The translations under genes were made by a program, and so were the position numbers. The notes below the pieces were generated by a model that saw only the letters and a program-made list of their open reading frames with translations, made no database searches and was not told where the DNA came from. Below are positions 11,420 through 22,445 of a DNA stretch of 64,000 nucleotides, piece after piece. The stretch comes from Scyliorhinus canicula (Eukaryota), in assembly GCF_902713615.1 (NCBI RefSeq), contig NC_052157.1:130491425-130555424 (forward strand). Reading direction: 5' to 3'. The first letter of the stretch is position 1. Every line of letters begins with the position of its first letter.

Positions 11420-12692
11420 CCAACGTGCTTCACGATGATGGAATTGCAGTCGGCGGAAAATCGTGCGTCATTTTCATGGTTTTTGTTTTTTACATTTTTT
11501 TTTAGAGTACCCAATTATTGTTTTCCAATTGAGGGTAAATTTAGCGTGGCCATTCCACCTAGCCTGCACATCTTTGGGTTGTGGGAGTGAGACCCATGCA
11601 GACATGAGGAGATCGAGCCCGGTCATCAACACTGTGAGGCAGCAGTGTTAACCATTGTGCTGCCATAGGATTTTATTATCATTAATTGCTTGGACACTTC
11701 GTGGTCTACCCCTCCACGATGCTCTTAGGCGGAAGTCTCACAAGCGTGAAATATTGCAAGTATTTACAAGCAGGGTTTGGGCACCTTGGCTGTTGAGGTG
11801 GTGTGGGAGGCAAAAAAAACTCTTAAAAGCCTCAAAAATTGTCAGGCTTGTTGGGGGGTGGCTGTCCGGGCTGGGGGCAGTGACGGAACAACTTTGTGCC
11901 AAGTCCGTAGATTCAGGGTGGCCGCTCTGGATCAGGGTGGTCTGCAACCGCCACTGCTGCAGTATGTTGGTTTGGTGTTACATACAAGCTCCTGGTTGCT
12001 CACACTACTGGGCACTGCCTGTGCCCTTTAAATGCTCAGAGAACTCTGCCAACCTGCACGCCCCAGCTTCTTCATCAAAGGAATGGGTGTGGCCAAGCTC
12101 AATCAGGGACTCGCCAGGTGTTGGCACTCCTCAGAAGTGCTGCCCGCTGCAGAGGAAGCAGGGAATCAGCAGAGCTCACTCCAATAGACACCGTGACCTT
12201 TGGAACTTTCCCTGACTCTCTGACCCTCAGGGCAGAGGCCTCACCAGTGACCCCCACCCTTCTGGATCACCAGCTGTTTCCTCCTGGTTGAGGCTGGCAG
12301 AGCTAACTGCCTCTGCCACCATCTCCCAGGCACTGTTCAGGAGAGCAGGCTTGAGTCTGCAACCCACGCTGGGGTAGAAGGTGACCTTCCTCTCCCCACG
12401 GGCATGGAGCTATGAGTCCACCTCAAACTCCCAAATGCGGGGAGACAGGTCTTTTGTGAACCATTTTTGTGGCTGCAGTGAGTTTGTGGTAAGTGGAACG
12501 CTTAAAAACAGCTTCAGCTGCCAGGCTCTTTGGCGCTAACTCCGGCCCCGGCGGTTACAACGTTAAAATTCGTGTTTGTCTATTGGCATGTCCTGACTTG
12601 CTAACCGAATAGTGTCCCCAACGAAGGTGCATTTCACACGCTATTCGATCCCACCAGCAACACTCAGTCTCCCAAACGGAGAATTCCAGCCA
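11420..12692 (-). mobile_element. Decayed Harbinger/PIF derivative with Myb/SANT-like remnant; SINE nested at ~11495-11665
   Basis: Terminus ggagaattccagcc, with subterminal sequence shared with 41425-41533; GC-rich Myb-like remnant at ~12200-12470. Confidence 0.55.
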
Positions 12693-12764
12693 ATATATAA
12701 TAAAAGGGTCGACAAAGGAAGGATGGGGTTTGCAGGTGACACAAATCATAGACATAGTTTTCTA

Positions 12765-14170
12765 TTTATTCTTTCATAGTCTTCACTGGCAAGACTAACA
12801 TCTGTTGGTCATCCTTAATTGCCTTGAGAAAGTGATGGTGAGCTGTCTTCTTGGACCATTGAACTCCACGTGGTACGCATATTCTTGCAGTGCTGTTAGA
12901 AAGGGAGTTCCAGGACTTTGTTCCAGCGATAGTGAAGGAACGGAGATGTAGTTCCAAGTCAGGATGGTGTGTGACTTGGAGGGGAACTTGCAGGTGGTTA
13001 TGTTCCCTTGTGTCTGCTGCCCTCAACTTTATAGTTGGTAGAGGCCATGGGTTTAGGGTTAGCCTCCAGAATTGACCTGGAGTTTGCAGGAATGAAAATC
13101 AATATCCAAGACATTGCTGCGTGTACAATCCTGGAACAAAATCAGCAGGACATTAAAAAAAATTGTTTTTAAAAATATTTTGAACATTTCTGTCTAGCAG
13201 ATAAAAAATATTGAAAATGGTGGGCTAAAAAGGATGATTGGCTGTGCATCACAACGATGGATGTGTTAGCTGCCGAATGCCTGGAGCATTGAGAGGTGCG
13301 GGTGGGGGGCAAGACATGTGATGAAATCTCCAGGAATACGTTCAATCACAGTTGACAAACACAGGTTTGGAAGGAACTGTCAAAGGATTCTCAGTGAGAA
13401 TACTGCTGCTACTTTGCGTCAGTGGTAGAGGGAATTAATGTTCATGTGGTGATGGGGTGCCAATCAAGCAGGCATGCTTTGTCCTTGATCATGTTGAGCT
13501 TCTTAATTTTCCAGGAAAGTGGAGATTATTACCACACTCCAGACTTGTGCCTTGTCAACTATGGACAGGCTTTGGGGTGTGAGGAGATGGCTTACCTGCC
13601 TCAGAATTCCTAGTCTCTGACTTGCTCTTGTAGCCACAGGAGTTGTAGATGGTTGGTCCAATAATGTGACTGGTTCAGTTCAGTTTCTGGTCAATGGTAA
13701 CCCCTAGGATCTTGCTAGTGAGGGATTCAGCGATGGTATTGCCATTGAACATCAAGGGATTCTCTCCTGTTGGAGATACTCATTACCTGGCACTTGTGTG
13801 GCTCAAATTCTACTTGCCACTTATCCGAACAAACCTCATTGTTGTCCAGGTATTGCAGCATATAGACATGGATTCCTTCAGTATCTGGGGAGTTGAAATT
13901 GATACTGAACATTATGCGAACATTCCCATTCTGACCTTCTATTGGAAGGAGGGTAATTGATGCAGCAAATGAAGATGGTTAAGCCTAGGGCACTGTCCTG
14001 AGGAACATTTGCAGAGATGTCTTGGGACTAAAATGATTTGCCTCCAACCAAACCATCTTCCTTTGTGCTAGGTACGACTGCAACCAATGGAGAGTTTTCC
14101 TGTTGATTCTCGTTGACTTCAACTTTGCTCAGATTCCTTGATGTCACACTTGGTCAAATCCTGCCTTGAC
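12765..14170 (-). mobile_element. CR1 LINE ORF2 3' fragment(s)
   Basis: Translations SFTIAGTKSWNSL and DKWQVEFEPHKCQVMSIS are typical of the CR1 RT C-terminus. Confidence 0.8.
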
Positions 14171-14855
14171 TAGAGTGCGACCTGAACAGAGTGCTGGAAG
14201 TTTGGTGAGTTGAGGGAGTTGGTTAGAAGGGGGAGGATGTGTTCCTTTGCTTTTATAAAAACTTTTTCACCCTGTAGGAATTGGTTCTGACACTACTGTA
14301 AGGCAAAGAAGGTAGCTGTTTAGTGAATATCTGGTAAGTGATTAAGGTCTATTCTATTTCTAAGTTTTAAAATAGCACAGGAACTGGTGGTAAGTTTAAT
14401 GAATTGCATAAAATGAAAATAAGTATTTGAATAAAATAATTAAGTCGATGATTAAAATGCTTTCTGAATGGCTGGATCCGTGATAAGTCTCAGCTGCAGC
14501 TTTTGGGAGCTCCTGAATGCCATTGTGATTCAGGACAAACAAGTCTGTGGGAAAAGTTTAAGGCTCAAGAAACTTCAGCTCAGATTCATTTGAGCTGGAG
14601 GCTGAGCCGCAGAGACTGCAACACATCAGGGAGGGGGAAAGTTATCTGGACTCTTTGCACCAGGAGCTGGTCACACAACGTAGGATAAGATCGTCTGATC
14701 CGGAGCGGCTGTGGCGGTAGCAGCAGTTTGTCAGGCAGAGTCTGCTTTAAAGGCCTCATCATGACCGAGACCAGCTTCCCGTCCACCAGCGGGGACTGAA
14801 TATTGTTCTAAATCTGTGTCTTGCCCTGAGCCAGTATTTCACCCACCTGTGAGCA

Positions 14856-15650
14856 ATGAATTTTGAAGAGGATTTGATGCCCAGGCAATTGCCTGTGGAT
14901 GACTGGGATACCATTGAAGACTTTGACCCTAGTGTGCCACCCAGAACACCCCAAGAATACTTGAAAAGAGTCCAGATTGAAGCATCAAGATGTCCTGAAG
15001 TAGTAGTGGCAAAGATTAACCCAAAAAAGTTGAAAATGAATCAGACTGTGAATATTTCACTATCTGGATGTCAACCTGCCCCTGCCGGATATTCTCCCAG
15101 TCTCCGATGGCAGCAGCAGCAAGTAGCTAATTTTTCAATCCTTCGACAGAGTATAGCTAAACACAGGGAGCATTGGAAGTCTCAGCCCTTGGACAATAAC
15201 GTCATGCTGCCAACACTTAATGATGAAGAAGGATGGAAAAAGTTCTGTCTTGGACAAAAATTGTACTTGGGTTCATCTGTATTACCAATCATGAATGAGC
15301 CCGATAACCCAGGCATTGACTACATTCAGGTGGGACTTCCTCCTTTGTTGAGTATTGTCAGCAGAATGAGTCAGCCCACTGTATTTAACACCCTGGAATA
15401 TCTAATTATCTGGTTTGGAGATAAAAAGTTATATCCAGAATTAGGCAGATGGTTATATGCATTGTTAGCCTGCATAGAGAAGCCATTGCTACCTGAGGCT
15501 CATTCTCTTAATCGACAACTGGCTAGAAGATGTTCAGTGGTTCGTGCTAAGCTAGAAAGTCCAGAAGATACAGAATTGCCAGCAGTGAATTTGCTGATTT
15601 GTTTAGTTGCCAGGTATTTTGAACAGAGTGACCTCGCAGATAATGACTGA
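14856..15650 (+). CDS. GEMIN2: Gemin2 (SMN-interacting protein 1), open 264-aa ORF within the retrocopy
   Basis: [86 protein letters not shown] match vertebrate GEMIN2 end to end. Confidence 0.92.
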   Translation: MNFEEDLMPRQLPVDDWDTIEDFDPSVPPRTPQEYLKRVQIEASRCPEVVVAKINPKKLKMNQTVNISLSGCQPAPAGYSPSLRWQQQQVANFSILRQSIAKHREHWKSQPLDNNVMLPTLNDEEGWKKFCLGQKLYLGSSVLPIMNEPDNPGIDYIQVGLPPLLSIVSRMSQPTVFNTLEYLIIWFGDKKLYPELGRWLYALLACIEKPLLPEAHSLNRQLARRCSVVRAKLESPEDTELPAVNLLICLVARYFEQSDLADND

Positions 15651-15841
15651 TGTGGTTTACAGTCTGGACTAAGAATTCTAGCTATAATTTTCAACATTGT
15701 TTATTTTAGCACCTTTACTTTTTTTTCTGGCACAAACTTAATATCTTTAATTTTTTTGAGGATATTAAACCATCTTGCAGGAGAATATTTAGGTCTGTGA
15801 GATGAAATGAATTAAAGATTAAAACCTAATTGTGTCAAGTA

Positions 15842-16076
15842 AAGGGCAGCACGGTGGCCTAGTGGTTAGCACAACCGCCTCACGGCGCTGAGGTCCCAGG
15901 TTGGATCCCGGCTCTGGGTCACTGTCTGTGCGGAGTTTGCACATTCTCCCCGTGTCTGCGTGGGTTTCGCCCCCACAACCCAAAAATGTGCAGAGTAGGT
16001 GGATTGGCCATGCTAAATTGCCCCTTAATTGGAAAAAATAATTGGCTAATCTAAATTTTTAAAAAAATAAAATAAA
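15842..16076 (+). mobile_element. Short-form V-SINE in the GEMIN2 retrocopy 3'UTR
   Basis: 14-bp TSD aattgtgtcaagta at 15828-15841 and 16077-16090; A-rich tail. Confidence 0.93.
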
Positions 16077-17971
16077 AATTGTGTCAAGTAGCTTTGTTTT
16101 AAATAAATCATTTGACTATTATTGAAAAAAAAAGATCGTCTGATCTGGAAAGTGGTTACAGGTAAGGGGACCCAGAGGGCAGGAGTCGCAGCCTCTGCAA
16201 TTGTCCAACAGGTTTGAGGTTCCTTCAGCTTGTTTGGGTGAGACTGGAGGGCTGCAGGATGGATGAGCTGACTGACCATGGCACAGTGGTACAGGGAGCC
16301 ATCCAAGTGAGGGAAGCAAAATGGAATATAGTGGTAGTATCGTGGAGGATTGACACTGTTCGCTGCAGCAAAGAGCGAGAGTCCAGAAGAATATGTTGGC
16401 TGTCTGGTTGCCAGGATTTGGGACATCTGCTCAGGGCTGGGGAGGAAATTGCAGTTGGAGAGGGAGAGGATCCAGTTGCCGTGGTCCACGTAGCTACCAA
16501 CAACGTAGGCAGGATGAGGAAGGAGGTATTGCATAATCAGTATGAGGAGCTCGGCAAGAAATTAAGCAGAACCTCAAACGTAACAATTTCTAGATTATTA
16601 CCTGAGCCACGTGCAAATTGGCGTAATGTAAAGGACACTGCTGATTGTAAATGCCAAGCTGTTCAAATCCCAAAAGGGAAACTTGAAACAACTACTTTCA
16701 ACTGTGTATGCAATTTGTGTAGTATGAGAGGTTTACAATCTAGAAAATGATGTCCCCATCTCTTTGATGATTTTAATAAAGTAAATATTTATTAAGAAAT
16801 AGAACAAACAACAATTATGTAAACCAGAAGTACACTGAATTAAGATTATGGCTTTACACAGTAACACTACTTTAAACAGATCCAAACAATCTTAATTACC
16901 TTCAGCTATAACTCTCCCCAATCTGTTCCACAACAACTTTCACGCAATTCAGCGGAGTTGAGTTAAAGTCCATTGAATGGCATGTTTAGCGGGATGTTTC
17001 TCAGCGCCTGTAGCACCAAGAAACATCCCACTATTCAACGGCACTTTGCTGCTTTTTGACCTCGGAGATTCTCTCCGCCGAGGCCGCACTTAGATCGGGG
17101 CGGCATCTTGTCTAGCTGCCTTGATCTCCCCCCCTTTCACCCCCATTTTTGCCCCCAACCCCTTATACCCTCCTAACCTTGGGAAGGGTCCTGGGAACTC
17201 CCCTCACACCTCTCTACCTGGTAAGGTTGCTCTCCCCCCCCCCCCCCCACCCCCGGACCGGATCCCTGGCAGTGCCAAACTTGCACCTGAGCACTCTGGC
17301 ATTTCCAGCCTGGCAGTGTCATCTGGGCACCCTGTAATTGACAGGAGGGAGAGCCAGGGTGCCACCCTGCCCTGTCCTCAACCATGGCCTCAGGAACCCC
17401 CCCCCCCCCCCTCCCGCCCAGGTGCCGTTACGACTGGTCCATGTTTGTGTGGACAAATACTAAATGGCACCCTGGCGAGGTCCCCCAGGCACAGCCATTG
17501 AGTCCCGGGCGCTGGGTGAATCCTACAAACGTATATTTAAATGAGCCATACGGCCTCGTCCTGACACCAAGTCGGGTGTGCCAATGCCGCTGAATCGTGC
17601 CCTTTATAGCTTTTAAAATCTATAAACATCCAGCCACTGTTACCACACGGAGCTTTTTTTTTGTTTCTTGGGGTTGCTTCTGAGGTAAATCCCCAGCTTA
17701 CTTTTCAAATCAGGCTTCATTCACACACACACTGCTTTCCGAGGGGTAAATAGCTACTCCTGCTGTTGGCTGAGATCTAAAAAAAAAACAGCCCCCTACA
17801 GTTTTCTGTATCCCCTTAAATATGTTTTTTTCTTTTTGATCTCTTCCTTATCTGATCTACATTCTTTAGAACTGCCTTGAACCAGACTTAATTGCCTTCA
17901 TCACTTTATTTTAGATTTTTGAGTTTAAAAGCTAAATAAACTCACCTTGCTTCTCTTCCTTTGAATCCTTA

Positions 17972-18122
17972 ATGAAATGAAATGAAATGAAAATCGCTTA
18001 TTGTCACAAGTAGGCTTCAAATGAAGTTACTGTGAAAAGCCCCTAGTCGCCACATTCCTCACAGCCCCCATAACCCCACTTAACAGTACATCTTTGGACT
18101 GTGGGAGGAAACTGGAGCACCC
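17972..18122 (-). mobile_element. SINE fragment with gcctacttgtgacaataagcgatttt(cattt)n tail
   Basis: Same tail as 46985-47170. Confidence 0.75.
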
Positions 18123-19888
18123 ATTATTACTAAATTGTCTCAAATAAACATCTGTTTGCAGAGTTGCTAGGGTCATTAACATATCAAATGCTTCCATTCG
18201 TAACGTTCACCCTGTCCCTGCCTTACTTATCTTACTCACATATTGCCACAGTTTAAAGTATATGACCAGAACATAATCAACAGAATATATTCCGATTTCT
18301 TGGATTTCACCGATATTTTCGAGACATCTCCCTTTTTTGAAAAATGAATCATCATAATTTTAAAAGATGGTCTAATCTTTTCCAGTGTTTCCTGCTATTC
18401 CTTACTTTTTCTAACTTATATACTATTACATTACAGGCATGTAATGTATACGCCAAAGCTTCATTATAAATAAAGTTCCACAGGTTTCAAATGTCCAATC
18501 TTCTTCACAATTAAAACTTTTGACATCTTTGATTTATTTTATAAATTTAAAGCGGCCAATTCTTTTCTTTCCAATTAAGGGGCAATTTAGCGTGGCCAAT
18601 CCACTTACCCTGCACATCTTTGGGTTGTGGGGGTGAGACCCACGCAGACACGGGGAGAATGTGCAAACCCCACACGGACAGTGACCCAGAGCCGGGATCG
18701 AACCTGGGTCCTCGGCACCGTGCGGCAGCAGTGTTAACCACTAACTTAAATCCTTGATATTGCTTCCATAATTATGTTTTATTTTCTGCCACATATATAA
18801 CTTTTAAGTTAAATGGTTGTAATAAGAGGTTCCATTGAAACAGTCTGGTATTCCGATCACTTTTCCAAAAACCGCAATGGATTGTGGAGCACCTAGATGA
18901 TCATCTCTGATGAATTTTTGGCAGCATAAACCTCAAAATGTTTCCGTGCCAAAACAAAACTCAGCGGATGGAATCGTACCAGAATTTGGCAACGGGTCAA
19001 ACTCACACAGAAAACTGGCGTGGACTCTCCAGTTGCACAGACCAGTTTTCTCACGGAATCTTCAGTCCCCTTGCCAAAAGAAACTGAGTGGGATTAGTTG
19101 GTGGTATGCTGGAACCTCTTAGAGCCAGGAACCAGCTCCAAACAGATCGGTGTACCCTGACCAGAACTGCAGCCAAACAGCCATCAGTCGATGGGATCGA
19201 GGGAACCCCTCGACTGCTTCACGCCTGGCGAAATCTCTTGTAAACCTCGCTGACGTCACGTCATGTCAGTAAGCTATGAATATTTAGTGAGGGGGGATCA
19301 TTTAGCTGGGGACCTGCTAATAATATTTAAGCACATTCAAGTTTATTAAAATGAGGTTCAATCTCGTGACATTGCCGGCCAGGAGCGGGGAAAATTGGGA
19401 TACGCGATTTCTCTGGCGAGAATTGCGTTTCCCGATTCTCGCCATTTTCCTGCTCTCCCGTGGGCTCAAGATTTGCCCAGTGTTTCCTTCTCGACCGTAG
19501 AGTATTTCTGTTAATGACTGTTTACTTTTCTTTATCCCACAGGCTTTTCGATACCTTTGTTGTCATCTTGCAAGAACATAGCACCAATGACAATATCACT
19601 TGCACCAATAGCCAATTTAAACTATTTGGCATCACTGGGTGTTGCTAAAAGTGCCAACACAGATTTTAGATTTCTGAATGCATTTTGACACTCTACTGTC
19701 CAGTTAAGCTTCTTTTTCTTTTTTAAAATTTCAGTTAATGGAGCCACGCTGCTTTAGTTTGGCACAAACCTCCTGCAAAATCCACTCATGTCCAGAAATT
19801 GCAGAACTTCCCTCTTTGTTGGAGGCTCTGGGAATTCTCGTGGACAATCTGACGATGTCCAATAGTATAGTCAAAATATGTGACTTGA

Positions 19889-20079
19889 GGGCAGCACCTG
19901 ACACAGTGGTTAGCCCTGCATCCCAAGGCGCCGAGGACCCCGGGTTTGAATCCCGGCCCTGGGTCACTGTCCGTGTGGAGTTTGCACATTCTCCCCGTGT
20001 CTGTGTGGGTTTCACCTCCACAATCCAAAGATGTGTCGGTTAGGTGGATTGGCCACGCTAAAATGCGTGGAGAAAAAAT
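19889..20079 (+). mobile_element. Short-form V-SINE
   Basis: Imperfect TSD aatatgtgacttg / aatatgtgccttg. Confidence 0.85.
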
Positions 20080-21036
20080 AATATGTGCCTTGTGCTTTTC
20101 TGAACTCACTATTTTGCTAAGTTAACTACCAAATTAGCTTCTTGCAAGCAATTGAATGGTTCTTTCAAATGCTGTTAATGCTCCTCCTAACACTGACTAA
20201 ATATCATTAAATCATCAATGTATGCAACACAATAACTCAGGCCATCAATAATCCTATTCATCAGCCTCTGGAAAGTTGCTGCTGCATTTTTTCATTTAAA
20301 TGGCTTGAGCTTGAACTGATAAAATCCATTTGGGGTTACAAATGCTGAAATCTCCATTACCCTTTCCAATATAAGTATTTGACAATATCAAAGAACAAAG
20401 AAAAGTACAGAACAGGATCAAGCCCTTCGGCCCTCCAAGCCTATGCCGACCATGCTGCCCGTCAAAACTAAAATCTTCTACACTTCCTGGGTCCGTATCC
20501 CTCTATTTCCATCCTATTCATGTATTTGTCAAGATGCCCCTTAAATGTCACTATCCTTTCAGCAAGTCAGATTTTGTGATGAACTTTGACTGTCCCACTT
20601 TCTCAAAGCAGACTTCCAACCGTGAAATAAGGCATGGGTCTGCTTTAGTTGCCACATTCACCGTTCGACAGTCCACATACAGCCTTTGTGATCCATTTGG
20701 CTTTGGTACCATCACAATACGTGAACTCTAATCACTACAACTCAATTCAAAAGAGTAATATTTGAGCACAAGTTCAATTTCTTTTTGCACCAATGATAAT
20801 CTTACTGGATTCAACCTGTAAAGATTTGCTTTCTTGGAACAGATTTTCCTACATCTACACCTATCATGCATGGCTTTTCCAAAATTATCTCCACAGATAG
20901 TTCTAGATGTCTGCAATAGCTTTCTCAATTCAGTTCCATTTATATCTGGAAGTTAACTCTAAAATTCATTCAAAGCTTTCAGCACTTCCTTATTATCCAA
21001 TTGAATTTGAGACAAATCACTTTCAGAAGCTTCTAA

Positions 21037-21330
21037 CATAATAATAATCTTTATTGTCACAAGTAGGCTTACATTAACACTGCAATGAAGTTACTGTGAA
21101 AATTCCTGAGTCGCCTCATTCCGGTGCCTGTTCGGGTACAGAGAGGGATAATTCAGAATGTCCAATTCACCTTACAGCACGTCTTTCGGGACTTGGGGGA
21201 GGAAACCGGAGGAAACCCACGCAGACACGGGGAGAACGCGCAGACTCCTCACAGACAGTGACCCAGGCTGGGAATCGAACCTGGGTTCCTATGAAGCAAC
21301 AATGCTAACCACTGTGCTACCGTGCTGCCC
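21037..21330 (-). mobile_element. V-SINE with third tail type (cacagtaacttcattgcagtgttaatgtaagcctacttgtgacaataaagattatt)
   Basis: Same head and V-domain, different 3' tail; also at 33486-33712 (-) and 63450-63625 (+). Confidence 0.8.
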
Positions 21331-22099
21331 TGTTTTGGTGTGTGTGTATAGAGGGTGGGGGGGGGGGAGTTAAAGTGGGGAGTTGGGAATTAGTTCCTAG
21401 TTAACCAGTAGTTTTTGCTGCATAGTTCATTATAGTTGTTATAAATAAAGAGTACAAACCGGGTGACTGTAATTATTGGGCAGCCATGGGCCAAAGACCT
21501 GAGGTCCTGAAAAAATATCTTTATTTCAGATGATGGTTTTTAGCATACCTTTCTTCACAGCAAGTTTGCATCCTAGAATGATCTTCTCTGTAGATTCATT
21601 CATCCAGGTTCTCTGTAGTTTAGAACATACTGCACTCACAGGCTTTCTGGAGAGAGATGCCACTCATAGGTTTTCTGGAGAAATATAGCATTCACAGCAG
21701 GTTTTCTGGAGATATAAATGGTAAGATCTCCCTCTGTGCTGCCAGAATAAAAACTGAAACCCCTTTTGACTCTGAAAAGCATTCCTCTTGGACAGGATCC
21801 AATCACCACCTGTTACCAAGCGCAGTACAGCCTTTTGACCCAATTCATTGGCCACCAACCAATCAATCAAACCAAGTCCTGGCCCATCTTTCCCACTGAT
21901 GCCGACAAGTCTGGGGTCTCCTGTTCAAACCAGCACAGGCTAGCAAAATTATGTCTCCTGTAACTTCTGGATTCTTCTGCTTGAATTAAAGATACAGGCT
22001 GCTTGTCTTAAAGAGACAAGTCAATTAATCATCCATAGATCAAAATAAGAACGGCAAAGTAAAAGGGGAATAAACATGAAGGATCCTTACACCGCCAAA

Positions 22100-22445
22100 A
22101 TCCATGTCCTCTGCCACTGAGGCACAGTAGTAGCCACGGGTACCATCGACAAGCACCTTCCAAACCTACAATCCCTACCACCTGCTAGGACAAGGGCAGC
22201 AGACACATGGGAACATCACCACCTGAAAATTCCTCTCCAAGCCACACACCATCCTGACTTGGAACTATGTCGCCATTCCTTCACTGTTGCTGGATCAAAG
22301 ACCTGGAACTCAGTCCCGAACAGCACTGTGGGTGTACCTACACCACAAGGACTACAATTGCTCAAGAAGGCAGCCACCTTCTCAAGGCCAGTTAGGGGTG
22401 GGCAATGAAAATGCTGACCTTGCCAATGATGCTACATCTCATGAA
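22100..22445 (+). mobile_element. CR1 LINE 3' end
   Basis: Homologous, in reverse orientation, to 12780-13050. Confidence 0.7.

Larger units (their letters stand above)
14701..16131 (+). pseudogene. GEMIN2: Processed retrocopy of GEMIN2 mRNA (5'UTR, CDS, 3'UTR, poly(A)); retrogene or young pseudogene
   Basis: No introns; AATAAA 16102-16107; A-run from 16125; perfect 14-bp TSD aagatcgtctgatc at 14687-14700 and 16132-16145. Confidence 0.93.
14170..16625 (+). mobile_element. CR1 5'UTR/ORF1 fragment (Zn-finger, coiled coil, SGNH-esterase), split by the GEMIN2 retrocopy
   Basis: Left part SCSFWELL..VCGK..ELEAE..REGESYLDSL; right part PVAVVHVATNNVGRMRKEVL..YEELGKKL..ISRLLPEPRA; the sequence continues across the TSD. 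Confidence 0.75.
16627..21035 (-). mobile_element. Decayed Gmr1-type Gypsy 3' half (RT, RNase H, PPT, LTR ~18326->16627) with nested SINE, Harbinger and CR1 fragments
   Basis: Minus-strand RT remnants (YRLNPVRLSLVQKEIE, MVPKPNGSQRL) and RNase H remnants lead to PPT-like aaaaaagggaga and LTR start TGTC, with no integrase in between. Confidence 0.65.
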
